Origin: Mytilus trossulus | Taxonomy: Eukaryota | DNA: 64,000 nucleotides | Assembly: GCF_036588685.1 (NCBI RefSeq) | Contig: NC_086385.1 | Span: 34,433,216-34,497,215 of the forward strand | Direction of reading: 5' to 3' | Part shown: positions 1 to 11,730 of the stretch, piece by piece | Layout of the letters: every line of letters starts with the position of its first letter | Numbering within the stretch: position 1 is the stretch's first letter | Program-made: the position numbers and the translations under genes | The notes under the pieces: generated by a model | Told to the model about the DNA's origin: nothing | The model's database searches: none | The model's input: the letters and a program-made list of their open reading frames with translations, nothing else

Positions 1-233
1 CTGTACCAAAATCAGGAATATGACATTTGTAATCCATTTGTTTAATGAGTTTGAGCTTTTAATTTTGTCATTTGATTGTTGACTCTCCGTTTTGGAATTT
101 TCTTCTGAGATCAGTATTTGTATGCCTGATACGTTAGATGCAATATGATCAAAAAGCTCAAATAAAGAATGAGTCGTTTATATGAAATATAATTTGAATA
201 GATCGTGAAATGAACGTCTATAAACGCATGTAC

Positions 234-1376
234 CAGGCGCGTAGCTCCCTATACGCCAACGCGCAGTTGCGTGCACATCGGTTCGGTATGCAAAAAAAAA
301 TATTGCAAAATTAAAAAAATATAAATTAAATTTTAAAGGAAACATATGTTGTCACTTTTTTATTTATGAAATGTCATTAAATAACGGAATTTGGTTTCAG
401 AATAGAAGTTTTATTGAAGACCATGCATGACGAAATCGGACAGTAACTTGTATCTTTTACAAGATTTGAATTTGTTATAATCAGTTTAACACATGTAGTT
501 TCGGAGCCAATTTACAGAGTACGGTTTATCTGTTTGGAATGAGATGTACCAATCGGCATGAGATTTATCAGAACCCTTCGATATCGTTGAAATTATGCCA
601 TGGCGATGTGTTCGACGGACTACCAGAGCCACTCATCCTGCAAACATGCCAAAACAGTATTGGAAAGTCTCATTATATTTTGCGTTTATAGACCATATGA
701 AAATCGAATGCCTATGATAATGGAACTGGAGAGTGGAGTCGCGTCTGGTATTATCAGAAAATCGCTTCTTTGTGCCGTATCTTTCTCCTCTTGTTGTAGG
801 AAATATCACAAACGAACAAAAATCAACATTGTCAGAGACATACGAAACTGACCTGGTATGTAATTTTGAAGAATTCAATTGGGATGTCGCTCGATGGCGA
901 ACACGTACACTGGTTTATAACATATCGCGAGTGCTACCATGGAGATCTTTCAATGTACTACGTCTGTTGAAATCAAATGTACGATCACCAATGAACAATG
1001 ACAGGTTATATCCGCTAGCATTACTGCATTTTCATCGGGATAGTGTGAATATTGCCGACCAATAAATAGAGAAGTTCGTTTCTGCCTAGGCCCGAAAAGC
1101 AGATTTTTGACAATTTTGAGTAAATTCTGTATCAGAAAAATGTGTAGTTTATGTTTTCAATTAACCATGATTTACTCTATTCAGAAGCTTTATAAATAGT
1201 TTTTCATTCATAAATTGTTTATAAGTCCTATCTACATGAAGCTCCTCTATCAACTGTCCTATGACCGAAAACCGAAAAAAAAACATTTTCCTGCATAAAA
1301 GGGTCCCAAAATTTTTTCGCCTCGCTCCTCTCGGCAGTAGTTGCTTCCACATCGTTTCTTTATAGCTACGCCCCTG
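234..1376 (+). mobile_element. Degenerate, internally deleted hAT-superfamily DNA transposon
   Basis: TIRs CAGGCGCGTAGCT (234-246) and AGCTACGCCCCTG (1364-1376), with TGTAC on both flanks. Internal ORF 733-1065 ends in RSFNVLRLLKSNVRSPMNNDRLYPLALLHFHRD, matching the hAT C-terminal dimerisation motif (ERSFSxLxxxKxxLRSxMxxxRLxxLALL). Interrupted by stops and frameshifts. Confidence 0.85.
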
Positions 1377-1995
1377 TGTACACATTATGTTGGTTGAAAA
1401 CTTATAAATTGTTATAGTGTATGTATAACGCATAAACAAATTATTTCGTAATTACCAAACAAACACAAAAAATAGAATAGAATTGAGCTTAGATTTAGAT
1501 ATAGAATAAATCATTGTTTAAATAGATTTAAGTATTGAGTGTTTGGTTTCATTGTATGACAGTAATCGGTTGGTCAATGAATCATGTTGGGGGGAAAAGA
1601 AGAAAAAAAAACGAAAAAAGATGAAAAAAGATGAAAAAAAATAAAAATTATATGAATAAATGATAAGTCTTCAGCAAATTTGATTTTTATAAAAACATTA
1701 ATGGTTGGCTAACACCACATCATCTTTAAGGTAAATCACATATAAAGATGAATAAAAGATTAGTATTACCGAATATGTTAGAGAAAAATAAATATAATAT
1801 GTTACCGGTTTTTCATTTAATTTTTATTTAGTCATTCCATGTTGTTCCTGTTTTAGTTTTAATCAAATTTTTCGTATTCTATTCTTTAAATCAAAATATA
1901 CCAATTTGATACTCATTTGGTTTCTAGGTGAAAATCGTACCTATGTAATTTTATATAGTATACTGAAGGCTGATAATAAGTTAATTTTTTCTTAC

Positions 1996-2296
1996 CTGAG
2001 TTTTGGCAAGTTGATATCGATGGAGAGCCAAGGAAAGTTCTGCGGTCGTTTGAACGATCATTTGCCTATTTATACTATTGATAATTTCTGCTAATTGAGT
2101 TCATTATGTAATAAAACATATGTTTTATAAAAAAAAATCATCGCCATTTTATTTCATCAAAATTATGTGATAGTAAAAACACGATAACCATGTCCGACAC
2201 ATGTTAGACATGTGATACATAATCTTTTCGAAACCATAAAGTCAACACTTCAATGACACAAATAGTTTGTAAGGGTTCATATACTAACATGCTTTT
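1996..2296 (-). promoter_or_regulatory. Promoter and non-coding first exon of a putative paralog of the Met-rich gene (coding exon expected left of the window)
   Basis: About 300 bp of clear similarity to 10839-11145. Minus-strand donor CTCAG|GTAAG at 1996/1995 and TATAAATA box at 2074-2067. Confidence 0.7.
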
Positions 2297-5200
2297 CCGT
2301 TGGTCATTTTTTTTTGTCTTATCGACATACTTTCCACAGCCTCCTTTATTCATACAAATGAAAACATCATGTAGAAATGTTCTACATTGTAATTAATATG
2401 TACATTTCTATCCATTTGACATACACCATACTTAACCTCTGTTAACGAAGGATTTAACCTTTTCTTGTCGTATGAAAAATTAATGTAGTAATGCACGTAG
2501 TCGTTTATAGTATGAAGAAAGAGGTGGATCTTGCATGGTCGTAACAGAACGATATGGTAAGAAATTATAAACAGACAATAGACCATTTTAATATTAACAA
2601 CTTTTGACTCCGGGTTCTACACTTATTCTACAGATTACCTACTCTGTGGTGGGACATCCTGGTCAAATGGCAGCACCTTAAAAAAGCAAAATCAAAATTA
2701 TATGAAATGGACTATATATACAGAAATGCTCTCTCATTGATTTCTTCTTCCAACTTTGATATGCACTATTGAAATATGCAAAGACATTCATGAATTTCTT
2801 TTGAAATATTTTTCTGTTTAAATTTTTTTTAAATCTTTTTAATACAGAAAGATATATTATCATTCTTTTTTTTTTTAAGTTGACTTATTCTTATGCACAT
2901 TATACTTAAGTTCTCTCTTTGTGTGTAACGCTACTAAAGTGTTATTTTAACATGATTTAAAACTATAAAAATACTATAAAAAAAAAACATGATGATTATA
3001 TACTAATTTTTTTATGTGTGGGTTGGTTTTTTTTTGGTAACACGTTGCTGTTAAATAACGGAATGGTATTAGATTGTCTTATGAATGAGATTTTTCGATG
3101 GCCATATAGCCAGTTTTTATCCACCATTTTCTACAGGAATACTCATTTTTTTTAATTTGTTTAAGGTAGATCGGGTGTTTAAATGTTCGCGCCGTTGATA
3201 TCGTAAGTCATGTACGTTGTCGTAATTTGCCATAACTATAAAATTTGATCATCAATTTATTTTCTTTTATTTAAATACATTGAGAATGAGTTAAATAACT
3301 ATTAACTGCAATTTCAAAACTTATTAAAGGTTATTGCAGCTATTGTCATTGTCGAAATAGTACTTCCGTTCTAAAAATATGGAGCATGTTCTTGACGTCG
3401 GAGAAGACTGAAGAGAGAATAACTCATAATAATCGAACACCTGAACTGCTTTTCATGAATACTGTAATGCAGATCGCAATTATAGATAATGTGTTTGAGA
3501 TTTTGATTTTTTCAGTTGTTCATTGACCTTTTGTTTTGAATTTTCATTGGAGTTCAGTATTTATGTTATTGTATCTTTTTCACTTTTACGTAAATAAGCA
3601 AAACTCTTTTCTTTAATTCTACGCAACTTCTGTTGGCCTAGCCTTTCCCACATAACGTATTTGAAGATCAACATATTACTTCCAGGTTTTTTTTTAAAGC
3701 AATCAAATGTTTTGATGTATTTTCTAAACAAATATGCATTGTTAAATGCAAACTATCAATAATATGATTAATTTATAGGTTTGACAATGTTTGAATAAAG
3801 TAAACATTTCAAAACTGAGTTAAAGCAAATTTTAGAGGAGCAATACAGTTCTAACAGAGGGGATAGCGACTGAGGAATGCACAATAAATTAATTACTAGT
3901 ATCTTCATGTACAAATGAAAATACCAAGAAATTGTACACGTGCGATTGTTATAGTAATTCTTGTAGCAGATAAAACAAACCCTTATATTTGATGACAGGT
4001 CTGATGTATACATATTTATAATCTTGTTTATATTGTTTGTTCATGTTGTTTTCATTTTGTAATGATTTGTTACATTCTATGTAATGAAGTGTTATAATAA
4101 TAAAGATTTGAATTGAATTGAATTGGTAATATCGGCCATGAAGTATTAAATACTAGTAGTAATAAAATTATGAAAACATATAAATATTTCTACCATTGTT
4201 TTCATTAATGTATGTGCTCTCCACAGAGAATCATATATATTAAACATATCGTTAATCACATCGCCGAAACATCACGAAATTTATACAGGTTTTTTTTCAG
4301 TTTAAAACCATATACATGTATAAACATTTGACCGTCTCTACTATGTATTGTTTTCCTAAAATACAACCAAACAAATACAGAGAAATCTTCTTTAGTAGCA
4401 GCTTCTTGTGAGTATTCTACAACTATTTCTTCACTGTTTTTCACTAGGTCTCATACTTATATCAAAGATTTTATAATGTACTTTTACACATCGGTGCATG
4501 CTTTGTGATAAAAAGATAGCTCGTTTTAGTCTAGGAAACGTGATTTCAATACTAGCTTTATAAGCAGTTAACTAGTTCTTCAAAACTTGCAGATACTTTA
4601 TATTTTCTATGTTGTGTCTAAAGTTTTTTTTATTACCAGTTGTTGGTTGTTTTTTGTATTTTGTTTCTGCTTTTTATCGATTGAATGATACAATATAAAT
4701 AAGAAGATGTGGTATGAGTGCCAACTCTCCATCCAAGTCACTAAGTATTAAAAAAAACAATTCTAGGTCAATGTACGGTATTTAACACGGTGCCTTGATT
4801 CACTCCGAACAACAAGCTTTAAATGGCCTCAAAATGACTAAATTATGGAAAAGAATTCAAATCGACAAACAAACGGTTCAATCTATATAACACACGACAA
4901 CATGAAACACCTATGAACTACACCAATATACGATAAGTCTTTCTCGAAATAATTTTCCAATCTATATTATTCACTTTTACACAACTGTCTCAGCTTTGCG
5001 TAGAGATGAACCCTCTATAAAATAGTAAACCTATAATTGGAGGTTGTAATTGGTTACTGTCACTTATATCAATTTTTCGTTTATGGTTTCTTTAATAAGG
5101 CCGTTGGATTCTCGTTTGAATTGTTTAAATTTTTGTTAAATTGTTGCCTTGTAAACCTTACTTTCAGTTATGAGTTTTGCTCATTATTGATTGCTTACAA

Positions 5201-5420
5201 GTGATCTATAGTTACTATGATGTACCTGGTTGATATATATCTTATTGCTAAGTTTACTCAAGATCATAATCTTATATATAATTTGAATGTCCACCTACAT
5301 AGCATGACCACGGTAGAGGCCTCACTTCATTAAGATTTATTTTATAGTTATTGTATCGTTTCGTGAAAATAAAACTACTTTATATAGTGTATGGTAAAAT
5401 GCAGACATAGACAATACTTA

Positions 5421-5626
5421 CCGTATAGCGGGTTATTTTCGCGGGATGTAAATTTTCGCTAATTTTCGCGGATATAACAAAATCGCCAAATTTAAAAGTG
5501 TACCTTTAAAGGTATTCAATAGAAGTCTTGAATCCGCCAAAATATAAATCTCCAAAATATTTCGTTTACCTTATTCATTGAATATTGCGAAATTTTATAC
5601 CTGCGAAAAAATAACCCGCTATACGG
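5421..5626. mobile_element. Tc1/mariner-type MITE
   Basis: Long imperfect TIRs CCGTATAGCGGGTTATTTT...AAAATAACCCGCTATACGG, flanked by TA on both sides. Confidence 0.8.
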
Positions 5627-6419
5627 TATTATAGGTACTATTTAGCAAAGAAAATGTTTTTTGCGAATTTTACAATATAGCATACAAATTGTAATAAGGA
5701 AACATGTTTTAAAGATGTCAGACCTTAAGACGAGTCATTATATAATTGTGTTAATTTCATAAGTGCTAAACAAAAAAAATGGGCAAGAAAAGAAAACATA
5801 AGTCGAAGAGAGCTAAACCACACGATGGCGAAAATTCAGACAATTCATAGTATACAAAATAGTACACAGAAAATTTGATAACACGAACACCATTTCAGCA
5901 TGTAGAGAACAACACAATTAGCTTTCCAATATTGAATTGACGAATGTATCGCTCATTTGCAAAACATAATGCATGTTGCTTGTTTTGAGCTACACAAATT
6001 AAATAATCAAAGACTTCAATTATCTATTAGAGGTAGATGTTAGCGACATATTAAGCTCAAATAGACAGAGAAGCTAGTCTACTTTATTCCTATTTGTTTG
6101 ATTTTGACGAATGTCTCAAGTTATTTGCAAAGTAGTAATTAATAACAGTAACATGGGTCCTAAATGTTCTTCAACTTTTTACTTTTTTTGGCTTTTAAAA
6201 AATATTTGATTCGAGTATTATAATACTAAAGCAACTTTTGTCTGAAATGGCAATCCTGGTACCTTCGACGAGTTTATGGACATTAAGACAAAATCCGTTA
6301 TGAACGTACTGAAAAAAAACCATCATTGTTCTTGAATTCAGTTAAAACATGTTAAATTCAGACGTATTTTGTCTTTGCCAACCGACACATCTGGTAATAA
6401 ACAAAACAAAAATTAGAGG

Positions 6420-6995
6420 CATTTAATATTCTCCCATTTATGGTAGATAATCCTCCAAAGATGTAGGAGCAGATCCGAATACAAGAAACATTACACAATT
6501 ATACGTGTTCATACTGTTGCAATCTGTCTACATACTTTTGTCTTAAGGACTTGTAGGTTTTGACCACATCTATCCCATTAGGAAGCTGTTTAGGCAAGAG
6601 TTCCAAATGGTGAAGCTGATATAATCCCTTTGTAATTTTACGGATCTCATCATTGGTTGGCCGTTATAGAATATCCGTGTCACAGATGATCGAACACGTT
6701 CTTTATGTTGTTACTACAATCCCGTTTACTTTTCACGATTGTCACCTACCGAATAAGAATTACTACTGAGCATAACGATGGGTGCCACATGTGGAGCAGG
6801 ATCTGTTAACCTTGGGGAGCACCTGAGATCATGGAGATAACCATCATGTTTTGATGCTTAGTCTTTATTTTTCTATGTTGTGTTTTGTGTTTAATTGTTT
6901 GTCTGTTTGTCTGTTTGTCTTTTTCTTTTAAAGCCATGGCGTTATTTTCGATTTATGAGTTTGAATGTCCCTCTTGTATCTTTTACTCCTCTTTT
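6420..6995 (+). mobile_element. Degenerate 3' end of a retroelement (Penelope-like RT tail plus 3' UTR repeat)
   Basis: Frameshifted remnant KLFRQEFQMVKL..SL..F.G..H......ISVSQM at about 6580-6690. It is followed by a 3' repeat that recurs inverted at about 12360-12535 and 14157-14420. Confidence 0.5.
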
Positions 6996-7543
6996 AGATG
7001 ATGTTTTGAGTTATAGTGCAAAATTGAGAGGGTTTTTGTTGGGTTGGAGAGGGGTCTTGATCATCATTTTCGATAATCTTCGATCATCTTTATTTCTTAT
7101 CCAAATTTTCTGCATTCTGTATATTGAAGCACCATGTTTTCTCTCTTCTCAATTTTGTTGCCAATAAGACCAATAGATTCATTATATAAGACTGCTGTTT
7201 TGAGACATAACAACCAAAACAAGACTATGCAATATGTATCTTGAGAGGAAAAAACTGGTTTTGTTTAAATCTTTATTGTTAAATTTGTATTGTATGCTAA
7301 TGAAATACAGCAAAAGAAAATGAAAGTACACATGCTTTATTCGTGTATTCAATCCTATACAATAACTACATTAGAAGCTGCTACCCAAGAAAGGTTTTTT
7401 TTTCTTTTCACGAAAAAGTGACTAAAGCCCTCGAAATCCAAGCTTAAATCCTTCTGTTATGAATGATATCTATATTTATTTTAAATCTACATCTGCTTTA
7501 AAGTTAAATAATATGTAAATATTCATCAGTTTTAAATGTTTGT

Positions 7544-8383
7544 TTAGTATACTCCTTTCTTCATTGGCATTGATTTCATCATTGGCATTGGTTTCATCAT
7601 TTCCATTGGCATTGGCATGGGCTTCATCATTTCCATTGGCATCATTTTTGGCATCATTTCCATCATCTTAGGCATCATTTCCATTTTCATTGGCATCATT
7701 TCCATTGGCATTGGTTTCATCATTTCCATCATCTTAGGCATCATTTCCATTGGCATGGGTTTCATCATTCCCATTGGCATCATTTTCATCATTTCCATTG
7801 GCATCATTTCCATTTTCATTGGCATCATTTTCATCATTTCCATCATCTTAGGCATCATTTCCATTTTCATTGGCATCATTTTCATCATTTCCATCATCTT
7901 AGGCATCATTTCCATTTTCATTGGCATCATTTCTTTCATTTTCATCATTTCCATCATTGGCATCATTTCCTTCATTTTCATCATTTCCATCATTTTTGGC
8001 ATCATTTCCATCTTTCCTTTCATCTCCATCATTTCCTTCATTTTCATCATGCCCATCATTTCTTTCATCTTCATCATTTCCATCATTTTACCTTTCATTT
8101 CCATCATTGGCATCATTTTCATCATTTCCATCATTGGCATGGGCATCATTTTCATCATTTCCATCATTGGCATGGGCATCATTTCCATCATTTTCATCGG
8201 CATCATCTCCATCATCATCGGCTTCATTGGCATCATTTCCATCATGCCACCTTTGCCACCCATACCGCCCATCATTTCCATCGGCATCATTTTCATCATG
8301 TCCATCGGTGGTGGCATCATTTTCATCATACCTGCGTTTACGCTAGCCAATATGGCTGCAGCTGTAATCACGATAAAAGCCAT
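7544..8383 (-). CDS. Secreted methionine-rich repetitive protein, 279 aa (candidate hinge-ligament or shell-matrix structural protein)
   Basis: Single coding exon with signal peptide MAFIVITAAAILASVNA. The mature chain is almost only M, K, E, P and G (55 Met in the first 100 mature residues by hand count) and ends KKGVY. Acceptor TTTTTCAG at 8399-8400, candidate non-coding exon 1 ending at donor 10839, AATAAA at 7341-7336 and 7277-7272. Confidence 0.9.
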   Translation of the reverse strand: MAFIVITAAAILASVNAGMMKMMPPPMDMMKMMPMEMMGGMGGKGGMMEMMPMKPMMMEMMPMKMMEMMPMPMMEMMKMMPMPMMEMMKMMPMMEMKGKMMEMMKMKEMMGMMKMKEMMEMKGKMEMMPKMMEMMKMKEMMPMMEMMKMKEMMPMKMEMMPKMMEMMKMMPMKMEMMPKMMEMMKMMPMKMEMMPMEMMKMMPMGMMKPMPMEMMPKMMEMMKPMPMEMMPMKMEMMPKMMEMMPKMMPMEMMKPMPMPMEMMKPMPMMKSMPMKKGVY

Positions 8384-9924
8384 GTTTTACGACGAAACCT
8401 GAAAAACAAAAAGCACATGGTATAAAACGAAAATATAAAATCAAGCATGCATAATCTTCCAACTGTTCGCTTAGAAATAATCAAATTTTAATGCGGATAA
8501 ACGTATATTTAAGGACTTGAAATAGAAAGGGTTGCAATGGTTTGCTTAACCTCGAACGTAAAGCAGCATTTAGACGTTTTCCCAATGTTACACTTTGTTC
8601 AATTTACTCCAATTATTCTTCGCTCAAAAAACCACACATCCCTAGTATTACCCAGTGACAACATAATATTAACAACCAATAGGACATTTTTATTACAAAA
8701 CTATACCCATGGCATGTTATTTATTTACTCTCTTTACCATCAGTTGCATGAAAATTATTCTGAGGAAGGTTTATCTAGAAAATCGTTTCAGACGCAGTTA
8801 ATTTATCCAGTTATTTTCACTTTACAAAGTAAGAAATATAAAAGCATGAAAATAAATAAGCAGAACATGGTTCATTCTCAATTCAAAAATTGTACCCAAG
8901 CTCGTGAATGAGAAGGTTTGTCTATGAATTGCATGGTACATTATAATGTGACATTGACTTGAAATTTCTTTTCTTGTAAAATTTTGCACAATTTCCATTT
9001 ACGCAAGGACATCTTTAAATATGCGTGTGTTTTAATCAAACTCAGCGTACAAAGTAAACATTTTAAAATAAGAAGTCACAATATTTCGAATACCAATTTG
9101 AAAAGCGTTGATTGTAGATTCAGGTGTCAAAGATAAATTTAAATTGTTGCTGTTTTTCACAATTGATTATCACGATAGAACAACAAATTCTCTCCATCAC
9201 GTAGTGAGAACACAAAATTAACCAATTAAGTACTATTTTAGTTGCATGAACATTACATTTGTTCATAAAAAAGTATAATAAGCATACGCACAATAATGAT
9301 AATTTTTCATTGCAAACATTATCAAAATAAAGCAACAAAGAACTAAAAGAGAACTGGGCATTGAAATTGTATCTTATCAAATAAAGATAAACTCAGTTTT
9401 CCTTCATACATTTACTGCTTTCAGTTAATTATTCTCACATTTGTTACAACAAATTATACGTGTCTCTTAACTTCTAAATATATATGTTGCCTAATATATT
9501 GCTTTTTGAGACACTCCGCGTAATTGTATTTAAAGGAGAGATGGCTTTCAATGTTTTCTTTATATGATTAATTTATGATTTGAGTAAATAATTCATATCA
9601 TTTTAGAGGAGGCTTTTTTGTCTTTTTTATACGTTGTTTACGTTATATTAAATTTTGTCATAGTAGACTATCATGGGATGAATTTTACCCAATCTTTTAT
9701 ACCAGATTAAGTTTTTGGTGTTAGATAATTTTCTCAATAATAAAAATACAGATGTTGCAAATTTTTAAAAGGTCGTCTCAATAAAACATAACTTAACGTG
9801 TAGAAATGTCAATAAATATTGTGCAACTTCAAAACATACATGACCTATTAAATTTTTAAAACATTCAGCTATAAATAGCATACATGTTAGACATAATCAA
9901 TTGCATTATTATAACCAAATAATT

Positions 9925-10273
9925 ACATTAGATGTAAGTTTCATTATAATACGTTATTCTGATTGGCTAACATGTTATTCCGTAAACAATTGCATCAGAC
10001 AATAACATTTATCATGCATGATGACACGAGGTCCCACAAAAAAGTGCACAGGTGAATTATTCTAAACTGGATAAAAATCGTGTTTTCATGATTTTAGCTT
10101 AAAAAATGTAATTATAAGTATTGAATACTTCTTTTTGAAACTTTATAGGGTTGTAAAAGCGTTGACCGTGCGTACATTTTTAGAATGAAGCGCTACCGCG
10201 CTTCATACAAAATGTACTTCGGTCAACGCTTTTACCACCCAATAAATTTACAAAAAGAAGCATTCAATTCTTA
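9925..10273. repeat. Interspersed element ending in a ~160 bp foldback palindrome; second copy at about 42720-43052
   Basis: 10115-10273 is an imperfect palindrome centred on GAAGCGCTACCGCGCTTC. A closely similar copy with a central deletion lies in METTL21A intron 2. Confidence 0.75.
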
Positions 10274-10569
10274 ATTGAAAAAGAGAGAAAATTTTGGTTT
10301 TGAAATAAATATTTTCAATAAATTTTACAAAAGGATACTTTTTAACGATTTATGCGTAGGATTTTTTGGCAAAAAATTAAAAGTACTCTACAGTTTAAAT
10401 AGTTTGAATTAAAAAGAAATGATGGAATCAATTTAATGAAGAATTATATCTTCTTTTTTTTTTGTTATCTATAAACATTTTTAATAGGATATTACAAATA
10501 TTATTTTTTTGCTCTTTAATTTAATGAAACATTCTTTCTTTAACGTCTATCGTATGTATATGTTCATGA

Positions 10570-10815
10570 CAACTAATAAACTCATCAGAGATACCAGGAT
10601 TGAAATTTTGTATTTGGTCCAGACGCCTGTGTCGTCTTCGTCAGACTCCTCAGTGACGCTCGAATCAAATAAAGTGAAAAAGGCCAAATAAAGTACAAAG
10701 TGGAAGAGCACTAAAGATTAAAAGTTTCTAAAACGTTTGTCAAATACAGCTAATGTTATCTATTCATCAGCCTAGAAAAGCCTTAGTATTTTAAAAATTC
10801 AAAGTTTTTAACTGT
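10570..10815 (-). mobile_element. Retrozyme/Penelope-type repeat with a degenerate type I hammerhead motif
   Basis: The minus strand at 10660-10616 reads AGCGTCA-CTGAGGA-GTCT-GACGA-AGAC-GACAC-AG-GCGTC-TGG. This gives a CUGANGA box, stem II and a GUC triplet, but GAAA is changed to GACA. Related decayed pieces at about 6150-6275 and 13880-13915. Confidence 0.55.
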
Positions 10816-10838
10816 TAAATCATAAACACAAATCTTAC

Positions 10839-11145
10839 CTGAGTATAAACTAGATGGCAGGAAGGTATCAATGGGAAGCCAAGGAAAGTACTGCGATCGT
10901 TTCAACAAACATTTGCCTATTTATTCAATTTGCAATTTTCAACAATTAAGCTAATTGCGTAACAAAACACATGTTTTATCAAAAATATGCATGGACATTT
11001 ATTTTCATCAAAATTTTGTGATATTCAATACACGATAGCTATGTCTGACACCTATTTGTCATATTATACATCTTTTCGACATCATTAGATTAACAATCTA
11101 ATTTACACAACTATTTTGTTAAGATTCTTAACATTACATGCTTTT
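10839..11145 (-). promoter_or_regulatory. Promoter and non-coding exon 1 of the Met-rich protein gene
   Basis: Donor CTCAG|GTAAG at 10839/10838, TATA-like AATAAATAGG at about 10925-10916, Inr-like GCAGT about 25-30 nt downstream. The whole block is conserved with 1996-2296. Confidence 0.65.
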
Positions 11146-11260
11146 ACACGATAGCCATGTCTGACACCTATTCGTCAAAAACTACATCATCTTTTCCACA
11201 TCATCAAATCAACACTTTACTTGACACAACTATTTTATTAGAGTTCAAATGATAACATGT
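11030..11260. repeat. ~115 bp tandem duplication in the Met-rich gene upstream region
   Basis: ACACGATAGC(T/C)ATGTCTGACACCTATT at about 11030 and 11146; single copy in the paralogous promoter (about 2179-2295). Confidence 0.75.
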
Positions 11261-11319
11261 TGACATTGTACTATCCGGTGTTTGACATTGTCAAATTCCT
11301 TTACCTTTCCGCTTTAATA

Positions 11320-11730
11320 TAATAACAAATTACCCTCACAATTGTTTTAAGATTTAAATTAATTAAATTAATATGTTAGTGAGAGAGGTTGTTTTTTTTC
11401 TTCGAAAGTTAGTATAATATATAAATGATATAAATTTCAGATTAAGTTGAGGACTGTGGTCTGTTAAGGTTAAAAAATACAGAGCATTAACTTCACTTTA
11501 ATACGATAACAAATTACTCTCAAAACTGTTTTAAGATTTTAAAATAATAAGTTAGTGAGAGAGGTCGTTTTTTCTTCGAAAGTTATTATAATATATAAAT
11601 GTAATAAATTTCACGGATATGTATTTATTTAAATAGCTGATAATTGAAATATGTTAAGGTTAAACAAAACAGCATTCATTTAGCTTAATTACGATAACAA
11701 ATTACCCTCAAAATTGTTTTAAGATGTAAA
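11320..11730. repeat. Degenerate ~185 bp tandem repeat (about 2.3 copies)
   Basis: ATAACAAATTAC(C/T)CTCA(C/A)AA(T/C)TGTTTTAAGAT at about 11322, 11506 and 11694. Confidence 0.7.

Noticed and set aside
7617-8402. 261 aa Ile/Phe/Gly-rich ORF and 141 aa Ser/Phe-rich ORF on the plus strand
   Set aside because: Antisense shadows of the ATG/AAA/GAA/CCA-rich Met-protein codons, which cannot produce stops in those frames. No independent evidence for them.
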